From Octopus sinensis (taxonomy: Eukaryota), in NCBI RefSeq assembly GCF_006345805.1, contig NC_043025.1, positions 5,518,001 to 5,582,000 on the forward strand: a stretch of 64,000 nucleotides of DNA, written 5' to 3'. The position numbers and the translations under genes were made by a program. Below the pieces are notes generated by a model, which was not told the origin of the DNA, ran no database searches, and saw only the letters and a list, made by a program, of their open reading frames with translations. Below are positions 48,061-61,089 of this stretch, piece after piece. Each line of letters begins with the position of its first letter. Positions within the stretch are counted from its first letter, which is position 1.

Positions 48061-51060
48061 AATGAACAGTATAGCTTGTTTGCTGGTCAATATTCTCATT
48101 TATCATGTGACCACATGACTGACCAGACTATCAGATGTTGTTACACATTGCTGGTCACAATGCTCTTTGCATTGTTTTAGCCTTTAAACGATGCCACCCA
48201 ACTGGCTAGGTGAGCGGGCCAACATTTCCCCAACTGATTGAAAAGGGGGAAACGGAGCAACTTGATATGAAGTGTTTTGCTCAAGAACACAACACACCGT
48301 ATCTGGATGCCTGGGAGTCGTACGAACTCCCGAGAGTCATGGGAGCCTCCGAGAGTCGTACGAACCCCCGAGAGTCGTACGAACCCCCGAGAGTCGTACG
48401 AACCCCCGAGAGTCGTACGAACCCCCGAGAGTCGTACGAACCCCCGAGAGTCGTACGAACCCCCGAGAGTCGTACGAACCCCCGAGAGTCGTACGAACCC
48501 CCGAGAGTCGTACGAACCCCGAGAGTCGTACGAACCCCCGAGAGTCGTACGAACCCCCGAGAGTCGTACGAACCCCCGAGAGTCGTACGATCCCCCGAGA
48601 GTCGTACGATCCCCCGAGAGTCGTAGGGAGCCTCTGAGGGTGTATCCCCTTGAGAGTCTACGGACCCCCCGAGTATTCTATGCCCCCTCGAGTATTCTAT
48701 GCCCCCTCCCCTGAGAGTCGTATGGGACCCCGCCGAGAGTTATGCAGACCCCCGAGAGTCATACGGACCCTGGTTGGTTTTCAACCACTGACCCATGGTC
48801 AAGCAATCATGAATGTGACTGCCTAGCTACTAGGCCATACACCTTCACATTTTCTTTATTGATATTCAGTTATAATTCCTGTGTTGTGTGGGTCGCTATC
48901 TAGAAAATGTTCAATAGGTTTTTATCTCCTAATCCATTGAAATGAGAAAAGAAAAAGAAATCACTTTTGTTCATGTTGTTGTGTTTGCTCAAATCTGTAT
49001 ACTCTTACTCCTACTTGTTTCAGTCATTTGACTGCGGCCATGCTGGAGCACCGCCTTTAGTCGGGCAAATCGACCCCGGGACTTATTCTTTTGTAAGCCC
49101 AGTACTTATTCTATCGGTCTCTTTTGCCGAACCGCTAAGTGACGGGGACATAAACACACCAGCATTGGTTGTCAAGCAATGCTAGACACACGAACATATA
49201 CACATACACACAGACACACGAACATATACACACACATACATATATACGACAGGCTTCTTTCAGTTTCCGTCTACCAAATCCACTCACAAGGCATTGGTCG
49301 GCCCGAGGCTATAGCAGAAGACACTTGCCCAAGGTGCCATGCAGTGGGACTGAACCCGGAACAATGTGGTTGGTTAGCAAGTTACTTACCACACAGCCAC
49401 TCCTGCGCCTGTATGTTTAGGTTGTTTTATCTTTTACCTGTTTCGGCCATTAGGCTGTGGCCATACTGGGGCACTGCCTTGAAGAATTACATAGTCGAAT
49501 GAATTAAAAGCTTGATATTTACTATATCATTCTCTTTTTGCTGAACCACTAAGTTACTGGGATGTAAACACACCAACACCAGTTGTGAAGGAGGACACAC
49601 AGACACACGTAAAAGACCCCTTCTGTTATGACTGACCATGGAATTGTACCAAGAAAATTCCCTTCTGAGACACTAGTCTGAACAAGGTTGCTTCGTGGAA
49701 GACCAGCAGTCGCCCATGCATACCAGCCTCCCGTCTCTGCCACTGATGTTATCCAAGGGAAAGGCAAAGGGGCCGATACAGCTTGGCACCTGTGAAGTCA
49801 CAACTCATTTCTACACCTGAGCGGACTGGAGTGATATGAAATAAAGTGTCTTGCTCAAGAACACAACACACAGCCCGGTCTGGGATTTGAACTCACTGCT
49901 TCATGATTATAAGCCTGATGTTCTAACCACTGAACCATATACCTATTTCTTTACTACCCACAAGGTGCTAAACACAGAGAGGACAAACAAGGACAGACAG
50001 AGGGATTAAGTCGATAACATCGACCCCAGTGCGTAACTGGTACTTATTTAATCAACCCCGAAAGGATGACAGGCAAAGTCGACCTCGGCGGAATTTGAAC
50101 TCAGAACGTAATGGCAGATGAAATACCTATTTCTTTACTACCCACAAGGGGCTAAACACAGAGAGGACAAACAAGGACAGACAGAGGGATTAAGTCGATT
50201 ACATCGATCCCAGTGCGTAACTGGTACTTATTTAATCAACCCCGAAAGGATGACAGGCAAAGTCGACCTCGGCGGAATTTGAACTCAGAACGTAGCAGCA
50301 GACGGAATACCGCAAAGCATTTCGCCCGACGTGCTAACGTTTCTGCCAGTTTGTGACGGAACCATATACCTTCACACACACACACACACACACACTATGC
50401 TTTTTTCAATTTCCATCTACCAAATCCATGCACATGCCTTTTGTCGGCCCAGGGCTGTGGAAGAAGACACTTGCCCAAGGTGCCACTCAGTGGGACTGAA
50501 CCCAGAACTATGTGGTTGGGAAGCAAGCTTCTTACCACACAGCAATACCTGCGCATTACCAATCTTTCAAAAGATGTTTTTTTTATCTCACAATCCATTG
50601 AAATGAGGGAAAAAGAAACTGTCTTTGTTGTTGTTTTGTGTGTGTGTGTGCTTAGATTTTTGTATTTTTAGGAGTGTTCCTCAAAATATCTCTATATCTT
50701 GGCGCAGGAGTGGCTGTGTGCTAAGTAGCTTGTTTACCAACCACATGGTTCCGGGTTCAGTCCCACTGCGTGGCACCTTGGGCAAGTGTCTTCTACTATA
50801 GCCTCGGGCCGACCAAAGCCTTGTGAGTGGATTTGGTAGACTGAAACTGAAAGAAGCCCGTCGTATATATGTATATATATATATATATATATAGGTGCAG
50901 GAGTGGCTGTGTGCTAAGTAGCTTGTTTACCAACCACATGGTTCCGGGTTCAGTCCCACTGCGTGGCACCTTGGGCAAGTGTTTTCTACTATAGCCTCGG
51001 GCTGACCAAAGCCTGTTGAGTGGATTTGGTAGACAGAAACTGAAAGAAGCCCGTCATATG

Positions 51061-51098
<38 letters not shown>

Positions 51099-51441
51099 CG
51101 CAGGAGTGGCTGTGTGGTAAGTAGCTTGTTTACCAACCACATGGTTCCGGGTTCAGTCCAACTACGTGGCACCTTGGGCAAGTGTCTTCTACTATAGCCT
51201 CGGGCCGACCAAAGCCTTGTGAGTGCTAGATATTAAAAAAAATATGCCATTTGGGGCTAGAAATAAAGGGGTAAAACGTGAAATTCTTTGAGCAGGCATG
51301 TGTCTTATGCGAAATCTGTGATGAGTCCGAGTGATGCTGATGACCTAGAGTCCCCTCTATGTATGTGTATGTATGTATATATGTGTATGTATGTATGTGT
51401 TTGTATATATGAATGTATGTGTGTGTGTGTGTATGTATATA

Positions 51442-51819
51442 CACTTGCGTCAGAAATTAATTAGCACTTCTCAAATTTCTACATTAAATAGGTTAAATCA
51501 ATTAACCTTATGAGCTGTTCAAAACGTCTTACGCGATGAGAAAACTTAGTATGGTGTGATTTCGGTCCTTGCGAGGCGCTACCTATATCTATTAAACAAA
51601 GGAAGATTTGTCTGCATCCGCACTCCAAGTTGTTGCACTGCTATGTCAACATCATAAGGCTGTAGACTCTCAAACTGCTCTGCAAACAAAGTTACGTCAT
51701 CGTTCTGCGCAACAGTGAACTCGCAACAAAGCAATAGTTCGAGATATGGCCACTAGGTGACAGCACATAACTTGAGTGAAGAGCAAATCAAGGGTGCTAA
51801 TTAATTTCTGACGGTAGTG
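51442..51819. mobile_element. Tc1/mariner-like MITE
   Basis: TA|CACTTGCGTCAGAAATTAATTAGCAC ... GTGCTAATTAATTTCTGACGGTAGTG|TA. Confidence 0.85.
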
Positions 51820-51832
51820 TATGTGTTTGTGT

Positions 51833-52170
51833 GAAGGCGCATGGCTCAGTGGTTAAAGCATCAGACTCACAATCACGAGGTTGTGAGTTCGATTCCTGGA
51901 CTGGGCTGTGTGTTGTGTTCTTGAGCAAGACACTTTATTTCACGTTGCTCCAGTTCACTCAGCTGTAGAAATGGGTTGTGACGTCACTGGTGCCAAGCTG
52001 TATCGGCCCCTTTGCCTTTCCCTTGGATAACATCAGTGGCACGGAGAAGTAGGGCCGGTATGCATGGGTGACTGCTGGTCTTCCATAAAGCTTGCCCAGA
52101 CTTGTGCCTCGGAGGAGAGCTTTCTAGGTGCAATCCCATGGTCATTCATGACTGAAGGGGTTCTTTACCC
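51833..52170 (+). mobile_element. tRNA-derived SINE, family D
   Basis: TGGCTCAGTGG A box, GAGTTCGATTCC B box, CTTGAGCAAGACACTT CORE-like segment. Related copies at about 13280-13795(-, partly duplicated) and 49620-49940(-). Confidence 0.75.
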
Positions 52171-52564
52171 CTTTTATATATGTATGTATGTATGTATGTG
52201 TGTGTATGCATGTATGTGTGTGTGTATGCATGTATGCGTGTATATGCTTGAATGCATGTGTGTATGCTTGTATGCATGTATGTGTGTATATGCTTGAATG
52301 CATGTGTGTATGCTTGTATGCACGTGTGTGTATGTGTGTGTGTATGTGTTCTTGTATGCATGTATGTATGTAGGCTTGTACATATGTGAAGGCGCATGGC
52401 TTAGTGGTTAGGGCATTTGGCTCGCGATTGTGAGGTCGTGAGTTCAATTCCCGGTGCGTGTATGTTTGTGAATCTCGGTGTTTGTCTCTACATTCATGAT
52501 AACTGGTGTTGGTTTGTTTATATCCCTGTAACTTAACATTTTGGCAAAAAAAAACCCAGCTCAC

Positions 52565-53077
52565 TAGTTAGTTAGTTAGTTAGTTAATTTGGCTCAAAAG
52601 CAAATAGCAAGGCCATGTAGGGGGACATGGAGTTAAGTACAGGGTGGTGTTCATGTAAAGAGTTCAGGCCACTTGAGGTCAAGGGAGGCTTTGAACAAAG
52701 CGGTCGTCGGCATCTTCACCATCTCGTCTGGCAGCTTGTTCCATGGATCCGCAACCCGGACGGAGAAAGCTCCTCTCCTTCGATTGAGATGAAATCGTCG
52801 CAGGTAGAGCTTTTCGGAATGACCCCGCAGCCGACGCTCTGGAGCAGGAGTGAAGAACAGCTCTTTCGAGAGGTTACACTTTCCGCTTATGATGTTGTGG
52901 GCGAGAATGAGATCACCACGGCGGCGGCGTTTTTCAAGAGAATAAAGGTCGAGCGTCCTCAGCCTTTCTTCGTAGGACAAATTTTTGAGACCATGAACCA
53001 TGCGGGTAGCCAGCTTCTGGACTCTTTCGAGATGCTGTATGTCTTTGAGGAGATAAGGAGAAGAGGCTTGAATCCCA
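52565..53077 (-). mobile_element. Same CR1/L2-type family, shorter 5'-truncated copy
   Basis: I count 8 substitutions versus 33760-34265 over about 510 bp. Flanked by (CA)CTAG duplication. Confidence 0.92.
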
Positions 53078-53301
53078 CTAGAATAAGTACCAAACTTAAA
53101 AAACTAAATACTGGAATTAATTAGATTAATTAACTTCTTCTGGGCAGTACTCCAGCCTGGCCACAGTCCAGTGGTTAAAAACACATAAAAGAACAAGGAT
53201 GTATTTACATGTATGGGTGTGTGTTTGTGTGTATTGTCTGTACGAATATGTTATCATTATTAATATTGATATATATTTATTTTTCTTTATATTTCATTTA
53301 G

Positions 53302-53361
53302 GTTGTACTTGAGTGTCATTCTGGGCCAAGTCAACGTATCGCTGCTCAACAAAGGAGACAA
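53302..53361 (+). CDS. TMEM120: TMEM120 exon 4
   Basis: catttag|G TTG...AA|gtaagt. LYLSVILGQVNVSLLNKGD(K), compare [20 protein letters not shown]. 60 nt. Confidence 0.95.
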
Positions 53362-53664
53362 GTAAGTCAAACCCGTTCTAGCAACGAAAGTATTCTCTAG
53401 ATAAACTATCACACACACACTTATAGATAGGTAAATATGTAGTGTGTAAGTTGGGATATATATAATCCGAGTGTTTACAACATCGAAGAATGGAGTTGGT
53501 GATATTACTTTCACAATTCACATTTTAACCCATCATGTGCCATATTCATTAATATGTTGGTGATTATTGATTTAATCTTATACACTGTGTAAATATTCTT
53601 TCACAATGCATATGGGAATTAAAATTAATTCCTCTAAGCATCACCAAAAACAATGTGTGTGCGC

Positions 53665-53711
<47 letters not shown>

Positions 53712-53901
53712 GAGACAAACAAGGAAAGACTTAATCAATACATAAAATTTTAATAAAAAGTTAAAAAAACCGCCACGACAATCTTCAGGTGGATTTCGAT
53801 TTTCAAATCAGTTTCAATAATATTTTACTATAAAATTGGATTTAATCCTAAATCTGATTTTTTTCCCTGTAAATTTGGATTTATTCCCTAATATTTATTA
53901 T

Positions 53902-53946
<45 letters not shown>

Positions 53947-54295
53947 TAGTTATTGCCAAGCTAATATGGTAGTCTATAAATATAAGACTAAAGCTGCCGC
54001 TGATTAGCTCCAAGAGGCCATCGCCTCTAGCTAGCTATATGACACACGAACCTGCGTCCATTATAGCCTTCGAACAGTGGAGGTCAGCCGCTTCACCTTG
54101 CTGGTCAGACATCTGCAGACATGTTTCAGGGTAGTTGCCCTTTATCAATGCAGAGTAGCCAGACCCAGCAGGTGTCTCTACCGACCGTCTGTTCGAAGGA
54201 TTTATTTACCTAATTTCAGTGGAATACATCCACTTGTTTTCAATAATAGAAATATTAAAATCTCCTTTAGAGAGACTTAGAAATTTTAATATTTC

Positions 54296-54384
<89 letters not shown>

Positions 54385-55765
54385 CATCATCATCATCATT
54401 TAACGTCTGTGTTCTATGCAAGCATGGGTGGAACAGTACCACAAGAGCTGTCCAGGCTGAAGCCTGCACCAGACTTCTGAGACTGTTTTGGCAGGATTTT
54501 ACAGCTGGATGCCCTTCCTAACACCAACCACTCGGGCTCTGATGGATGTGTAATGTCAGTGTGCATACTCGACAGAGTGTAAGTACCTTGAGAGAAAAGT
54601 TGGATCTGAGAAGCATCAGATGTGGTGTGCAAGAGAGACAACTGCACTGATATGGTACAGGTGAGGTCAGCTTTGGCAAGGTTTTTACAGCTGGATACCC
54701 TTTTGAACACCAACCACTTTACAATGTGGACTGGGTGCTTTTAAGTGGCACCTGCACTGACAGGGTCACCAAGTACTTGCATGACAAGATCTTTTAAAAG
54801 GTGGTGAGGCATTTGAGGAGGTGATGATGAAATGGTTACAGTGAGACAGATACAGGTGTCTTGCTGAAGAGGATGTACAATGTTACCTGGCCAGAGAGAG
54901 GAAGATCAGGAATGAAGACAGAAACAGGTGTGTTACTGCAAAGAAAAGACACAGTTGCCCAACCTAAGGGAAGTGCAGGAGAAGGAGAGAGAGTGGGAGA
55001 CTGCAGGATGGAGATGGTGGCAAGATACTGGACATGCTCACAAGGAATGGGGATCAGAGAATAAATGAGATGGTCGAGTAAAAGAAGAGAGAGATATAGG
55101 TAGTGGTAGGTGCCAGGGCATACCCTTGAGGTTGAAATGCCATAATATAAGTGATAGGACACTGCAAAGAGAGTACAATTAAAAATTGTGAGTAAGTGGC
55201 AAAATACCTGGGTATATAAAGTTGGAGGGGTTACTAGATAGCAATGATACAGAGGAACATGGTTATGAGGACAGGATTGGGGAGTGAGAGCCAGGCAGGG
55301 GTTGAGAGCCAGGCAAAGGGTGAGAGGCAGGCAGGGGGTGAGAGGCAGGCAAGGGGTGAGAGGCAGGCAAGGGGTGAGAGCCAGGCAGGGGGTGAGAGCC
55401 AGGCAGGGGGTGAGAGCTAGACATAGTGAATGAAGGAGGAAATGCAAGAAGGAGAAGAGATGATGGCTTGTTGGGGTAGGGTGAGGGAAAAATTTTCTTG
55501 TTAAGTGTAAGTGAAACACCCAGGTCGGGGGGCTGCCAGATGGCAGTAACAGAGTGAAACAAGGCATGTGGGTAGAATGTACAAGTCGGAGGCAAGCAGG
55601 GGGCAATGATACAGTGGCACCAGGCCAAAAGGACAAGATTGAGGAGTGGGAGGTAATCATAATGCATGAAACGGCAATGTGACGCTGTCCCCCCAGCTTT
55701 CCAGCTTTGGTCAAACTGTCCATCCCATGGACAATGGATGTTAAATGATGATGATGATGATGATG

Positions 55766-57135
55766 ATGAGCTGGCAGAAACGTTAGCACACAGGGTGAAA
55801 TGCTAAGCGGTATTTCATCTGTGTTTATGTTCTGAGTTCAAATTCCGCTGAGGTCGACTTTGCCTTTCATCCTTTCGGGGTCGATAAATTAAGTACCAGT
55901 TACGCACTGGGGTCGATGTAATCGACTTAATACCTATGTCTGTCCTTGTTTGTCCCCTCTGTGTTTAGCCCCTTGTGGGTAATAAAGAAATAGGTATTTC
56001 GTCTGTCGTTACGTTCTGAGTTCAAATTCTGCCGAGGTCGACTTTGCCTTTCATCCTTTCAGGGTCGATAAATTAAGTACCAGTTACGCACTGGGGTCGA
56101 TGTAATCGACTTAATACCTATGTCTGTCCTTGTTTGTCCCCTCTGTGTTTAGCCCCTTGTGGGTAATAAAGAAATAGGTATTTCATCTGTGTTTATGTTC
56201 TGAGTTCAAATTCCGCTGAGGTCGACTTTGCCTTTCATCCTTTCGGGGTCGATAAATTAAGTACCAGTTATGCACTGGGGTCGATGTAATCGACTTAATC
56301 CCTTCGTCTGTCCTTGTTTGTCCCCTCTATGTTTAGCCCCTTGTGGGTAACAAAGAAATAGGTACTTATTTAATCGAACCTGAAAGGATGAAAGGCAAAT
56401 TCAACCTCAGCGGAATTTGAACTCAGAATATAAACACAGATGAAATACCTATTTCTTTGTTACCCACAAGGGGCTAAACATAGAGGGGACAAACAAGGAC
56501 AGACAAAGGTATTAAGTTGATTACATCGATCCCAGTGCGTAACTGGTACTTAATTTATTGACCCCGAAAGGATGAAAGGCAAAGTCGACTTCGGCAGAAT
56601 TTGAACTCAGAACGTAACGCAGACGAAATACCGCTAAGCATTTCGCCCAGCGTGCAAACGATTCTGCCAGTTCGCTGCTTAAATAAGTACCAGTTGCGCA
56701 CTGGGGTTGATATAATTGACTTAATCCGTTTGTCTGTCCTTGTTTGTCCCCTCTGTGTTTAGCCCCTTGTGGGTAATAAAGAAATAGGTATTTCGTCTGC
56801 TGCAACGTTCTGAGTTCAAATTCCGCCGAGGTCGACTTTGCCTTTCATCCTTTCAGGGTCGATTAAATAAGTACCAGTTGCGCACTGGGGTCCATATAAT
56901 TGACTTAATCCGTTTGTCCCCTCTGTGTTTAGCCCCTTGTGGGTAGTGAAGAAATAAGTATTTCGTCTGCCGCAACGTTCTGAGTTCAAATTCCGCCGAG
57001 GTCAACTTTGCCTTTCATCCTTTCAGGGTCGATTAAATAAGTACCAGTTACGCACTGGGGTTGATGTAATCGACTTAATCCCTTTGTTTGTCCTTGTTTG
57101 TCGCCTCTATGTTTAGCTCCTTGTGAGCAATAAAG
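55766..57135. mobile_element. SINE family B array with internal inversion
   Basis: + units 55766-56361, - segment 56362-56678, + units 56679-57135. Confidence 0.85.
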
Positions 57136-57225
57136 AGATTGATTTATATCTACTACTACTACTACTACTACTACTAATAATAATAATAATAATAATGATG
57201 TTTATGTAATATTTATTTATTTCAG

Positions 57226-57321
57226 ATTCCAATACAAAAGGGAGTATGAGAGATTCAAACTAGTGGTCAGTTATATCGTAATGTGTCTGTCTTTTGTGCA
57301 GACGTTTTTTGGAAGTTACAG
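57226..57321 (+). CDS. TMEM120: TMEM120 exon 5
   Basis: tttcag|A TTC...AG|gtaagt. FQYKREYERFKLVVSYIVMCLSFVQTFFGSY(R), compare FAYKDEYEKFKL. 96 nt. Confidence 0.95.
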
Positions 57322-57589
57322 GTAAGTGTTAAAAGCATTTTTATATCTCGGCTTCTGTCCCCTAATTTTCCTTTCTGTTCATTATCCTCCGGGAGCTGTC
57401 ACCAGCCACATCTCTCTTTCTAGAAATAGCTAATGATTCAACTACAAGGAGGTGCTGAACAGTTCTTGGTTTTAAGGGTTTCGTGAAAGGCTTGGTTGGA
57501 GGACCAACCTTCCGACTGTTTTTTTACGGGGCTTAGAAAAACTGAAGGACCACTGCAATAAGTGTGTGAATCTGAGTGGAGAATATGTT

Positions 57590-58200
57590 GTGGTGCCACG
57601 TAAAAGGGCCTGTGCAGTGCCACATAAAAGTGCCTGTGTGATACCAGGTATAAGTGCCTCTGCGACACCATGTAAAAGCATCAATGTGACATGGTGTAAA
57701 CGCATCTGTGCGACACCATGTAAAAGCTTCTGTGTGACACCGTATAAAAGCTTCTGTGCGACACCGTGTAAAAGCGTCTGTGTGACACCGTGTAAAAGCA
57801 TCTGTGCGACACCATGTAAGAGCGTCTGTGCGGCGCATTGTAAGAGCGCCTGTGCGACGCATTGTAAGAGCGTCCGTGCGACGCATTGTAAGAGCATCTG
57901 TGCGACGCATTGTAAGAGCGTCCGTGCGACGCATTGTAAGAGCGTCTGTACCACGCATTGTAAGAGCGTCTGTGCGACGCATTGTAAGAGCGTCCGTGCG
58001 ACGCATTGTAAGAGCGTCCGTGCGACGCATTGTAAGAGCGTCCGTGCGACGCATTGTAAGAGCGTCTGTGCGACGCATTGTAAAAGCGTCTGTGCGACGC
58101 ATTGTAAGAGCGTCCGTGCGACGCATTGTAAGAGCGTTCGTGCGACACCGTATTAAAGCGTCCGTGCGACACCGTGTAAGAGCGTCTGTGTGACACCATG
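57590..58200. repeat. 24-bp minisatellite at the 5' side of a family C-like element
   Basis: Unit GTGCGACGCATTGTAAGAGCGTC(C/T); homogeneous centre with diverged edges. Confidence 0.95.
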
Positions 58201-58958
58201 TAAAAGTACCCAGCACTCTCTGTAAAGTGGTTGGTGATAGGAAGAGCATCCAGCTGTAGAAACCAGGTGAGATCAGATTAGAATCTGTAGCGGCTCTGGT
58301 CAAACCGTTCAACCCATGCCAGCACGGACAATAGTCTTTAAATGGTGATTGAGATGGTGATGTCCACCTATTGTAACCCCTCACATCGTCCGACTGTCTG
58401 CCCCTTATTCCCCTTCATTCCATTTGTACTGTTTTACTCTCCCTCATACACACATCATCATCATCATCATCGTTTAGCGTCCGCTTTCCATGCTGGCATG
58501 GGTTGGACGGTTCAACTGGGGTCTGGGAAGCCAGGAGGCTGCACCAGGCTCCAGTCTGATCTAGCAGTGTTTCTACAGCTGGATGCCCTTCCTAACGCCA
58601 ATCATTCCATGAGTGTAGTGGGTGCTTTTTACATGCCTCCAGCACAGGTGCCAGACAAGGCTGGCAAATGACCACAGTTGGATGGTGCTTTTTTTGTGCC
58701 ACCGGCACAGGGGTCAGGCAAGGCTGGCAAACGGCCATGGTCGGATGGTGCTTTTTACATGCCACCGGCACGGGGGTCAGGCAAGGTTGGCAACAGTCAC
58801 GATCGGATGGTGCTTTTTATGTACCACCAGCACGGAGGGGCGGCGCTGGCAACGGCCACGTTTGGATGGTTCGCTTACGTGCCCCCGGCACTGGTATCAC
58901 AGCTACAATTTCCACTGATGCTGATCGATTTAGATAAATTTCTCTATTTATTTTGCAG

Positions 58959-59048
58959 ATGGGTAGATGCAGTCCTTCACTTTCTCCTCGTCTGGTATTA
59001 TTGTACGTTGACCATCAGAGAGAGTATTCTTGTCGTGAATGGATCCAG
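58959..59048 (+). CDS. TMEM120: TMEM120 exon 6
   Basis: ttgcag|A TGG...AG|gtaac. [29 protein letters not shown](R), near-identical to the family motif [17 protein letters not shown]. 90 nt. Confidence 0.97.
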
Positions 59049-59074
59049 GTAACAAAATAACATTATATACCTGC

Positions 59075-60203
59075 TCCGTCAAATGTATTGCTTATTTATC
59101 CACATTCTTTTAAATTAATCGTGCATTATCTCATAGCTTTGAGATTTCAATGATGTGATTGTTTATTTTAAGAATGACATTGTAGGGTAGGTGTGAGAGG
59201 CTGGATCTGGCCTTGTTTTGAATTAATCCTGCATTATCTCACAGCAGGTCTTCACAAGCACAGTTTATTGGTCAATGGTTAAAGGGTACTCTTAAATCGG
59301 CCAGTTATGCTGCACTGGCATAGGCCACGGTTACGGTTTCACTTGACTTGCCGGGTCTTCTCACGCACAGCATATCTCCAAAGGTTTCAATCACTTGTCA
59401 TTGCCTCCGTGAGACCCAACGTTGAGATTTCAAAGATGTGATTGTTTATTTTTAGAATGACATTGTAGGGTAGGTGTGAGAGGCTGGATCTGGCCTTGTT
59501 TTGAATTAATCATGCATTATCTCATAGCTTTGAGATTTCAATGATGTGATTGTTTATTTTTAGAATGACATTGTAGGGTAGGTGTGAGAGGCAGGATCTG
59601 GCCTTGTTTTGAATTAATCCTGCATTATCTCATAGCTTTGAGATTTCAATGATGTGATTGTTTATTTTAAGAATGACATTGTAGGGTAGGTGTGAGAGGC
59701 AGGATCTGGCCTTGTTTTGAATTAATCATACATTGTCTCGTAGCTTTGAGATTACAAAGATGGGATTGCATATTTTTAGAATGACATTGTAGGGTAGGTG
59801 GGAGAAGCAGGGTCTGGCCTTGTTTTGAATTAATCATGCATTATCTCATAGCTTTGAGATTTCAATGATGTGATTGTTTATTTTTAGAATGACATTGTAG
59901 GGTAGGTGTGAGAGGCTGGATCTGGCCTTGTTTTGAATTAATCATGCATTATCTCATTGCTTTGAGATTTCAATGATGTGATTGTTTATTTTTAGAATGA
60001 CATTGTAGGGTAGGTGTGAGAGGAAGGATCTGGCCTCGTTTTGAATTAATCATGCATTATCTCATAGCTTTGAGATTTCAATGATGTGATTGTTTATTTT
60101 TAGAATGACATTGTAAGGTAGGCATGAGGGATCTGGATGGTTCAACATAAAGCATGTAGAATAATTGCGCCAGTTATGGCTAGTTTAAATGCTAAAGGGT
60201 TAA
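59075..60203 (+). repeat. Second 108-bp array (~8 monomers) filling TMEM120 intron 6
   Basis: Same monomer; ends in AAATGCTAAAGGG|TTAA; interrupted by a ~190-bp repeat fragment at about 59245-59420. Confidence 0.95.
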
Positions 60204-60263
60204 GCTCCAAATGTCTACACACTAAACATCACTTATTCAAAGATTTTTCCCCTTCTGTTTCAG

Positions 60264-60329
60264 AATCAAAGGATGGTGGTTGACTCATCATTTCATTTCA
60301 ACAGTTTGTGCGGGGATTTCCTTAATATG
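60264..60329 (+). CDS. TMEM120: TMEM120 exon 7
   Basis: tttcag|A ATC...TG|gtgagg. IKGWWLTHHFISTVCAGISLI(W), keeps the WWxxHH ELOVL-like/CoA-site motif. 66 nt. Confidence 0.96.
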
Positions 60330-61089
60330 GTGAGGTTTTGGTGATTCTTTGTCATAAAAAAGAGATTTGTGATTACCACACTAAATTCTCTCTCTCTCTC
60401 TCCCTCTCTCATATATATATTCCCCACCCCCTCTGTCTGCAAGCATGGCTCTGTTGCTAAGGTGTTTGTCTTATAATCACTTAGCTTTGGGGTTCAATCT
60501 CATTGCATGACATCTTAGAGTTGCTTGTCTGCAACAATGGAATTGGGTTAACCAATGTCTCATGAAAAGAATTTGTGAGATAAAAGTTTGTCAGAAGCAT
60601 ACTAGCAGTATCGCCCGGCGTTGCTCGGGTTTGTAAGGGAAATAACTATATAAGCATTTTTAGAGAGTTACTTCCCTTATATAAGCCGAACAAAAAATGG
60701 ATTAAAAATGCTGAAAAATGATGGTAAATTTCTTTTTAAATCATAGACTCATCATAGACGCGCCCTAATATTCAGAAGGGCTCGATATGAATCACGACTA
60801 TAAGATACCCGCTTTTGGTTACACTGCACCGCAAAATGTGGGAGTGGTTAGGAATCTAAATTGGAGTAGACAGACACACACACAACCTTCATTTTATATA
60901 TAAAGATATATATATTTACATACGTGCACACACACAAACACACACACACATATATATATATATATATTACGGAGATGTACTTACATAGCAAGTGACCTGA
61001 TCTGAGATCATGTGCTGGAACAAAAACAATTGCAGCGTGGAAGGTGTTTATAAGCCATTTAAGAAACACACAAAAACCATTAGATTCAC

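Noticed and set aside
52385-52460. tRNA-like sequences (also 32122-32160, 47555-47612, 51833-51900)
   Set aside because: A/B boxes are present but I could not fold a complete cloverleaf; they are SINE heads.
54836-55789. 317-aa minus-strand ORF
   Set aside because: Low complexity, built on an 18-bp LALTPC repeat and a (CAT)n tract; no domain recognised.
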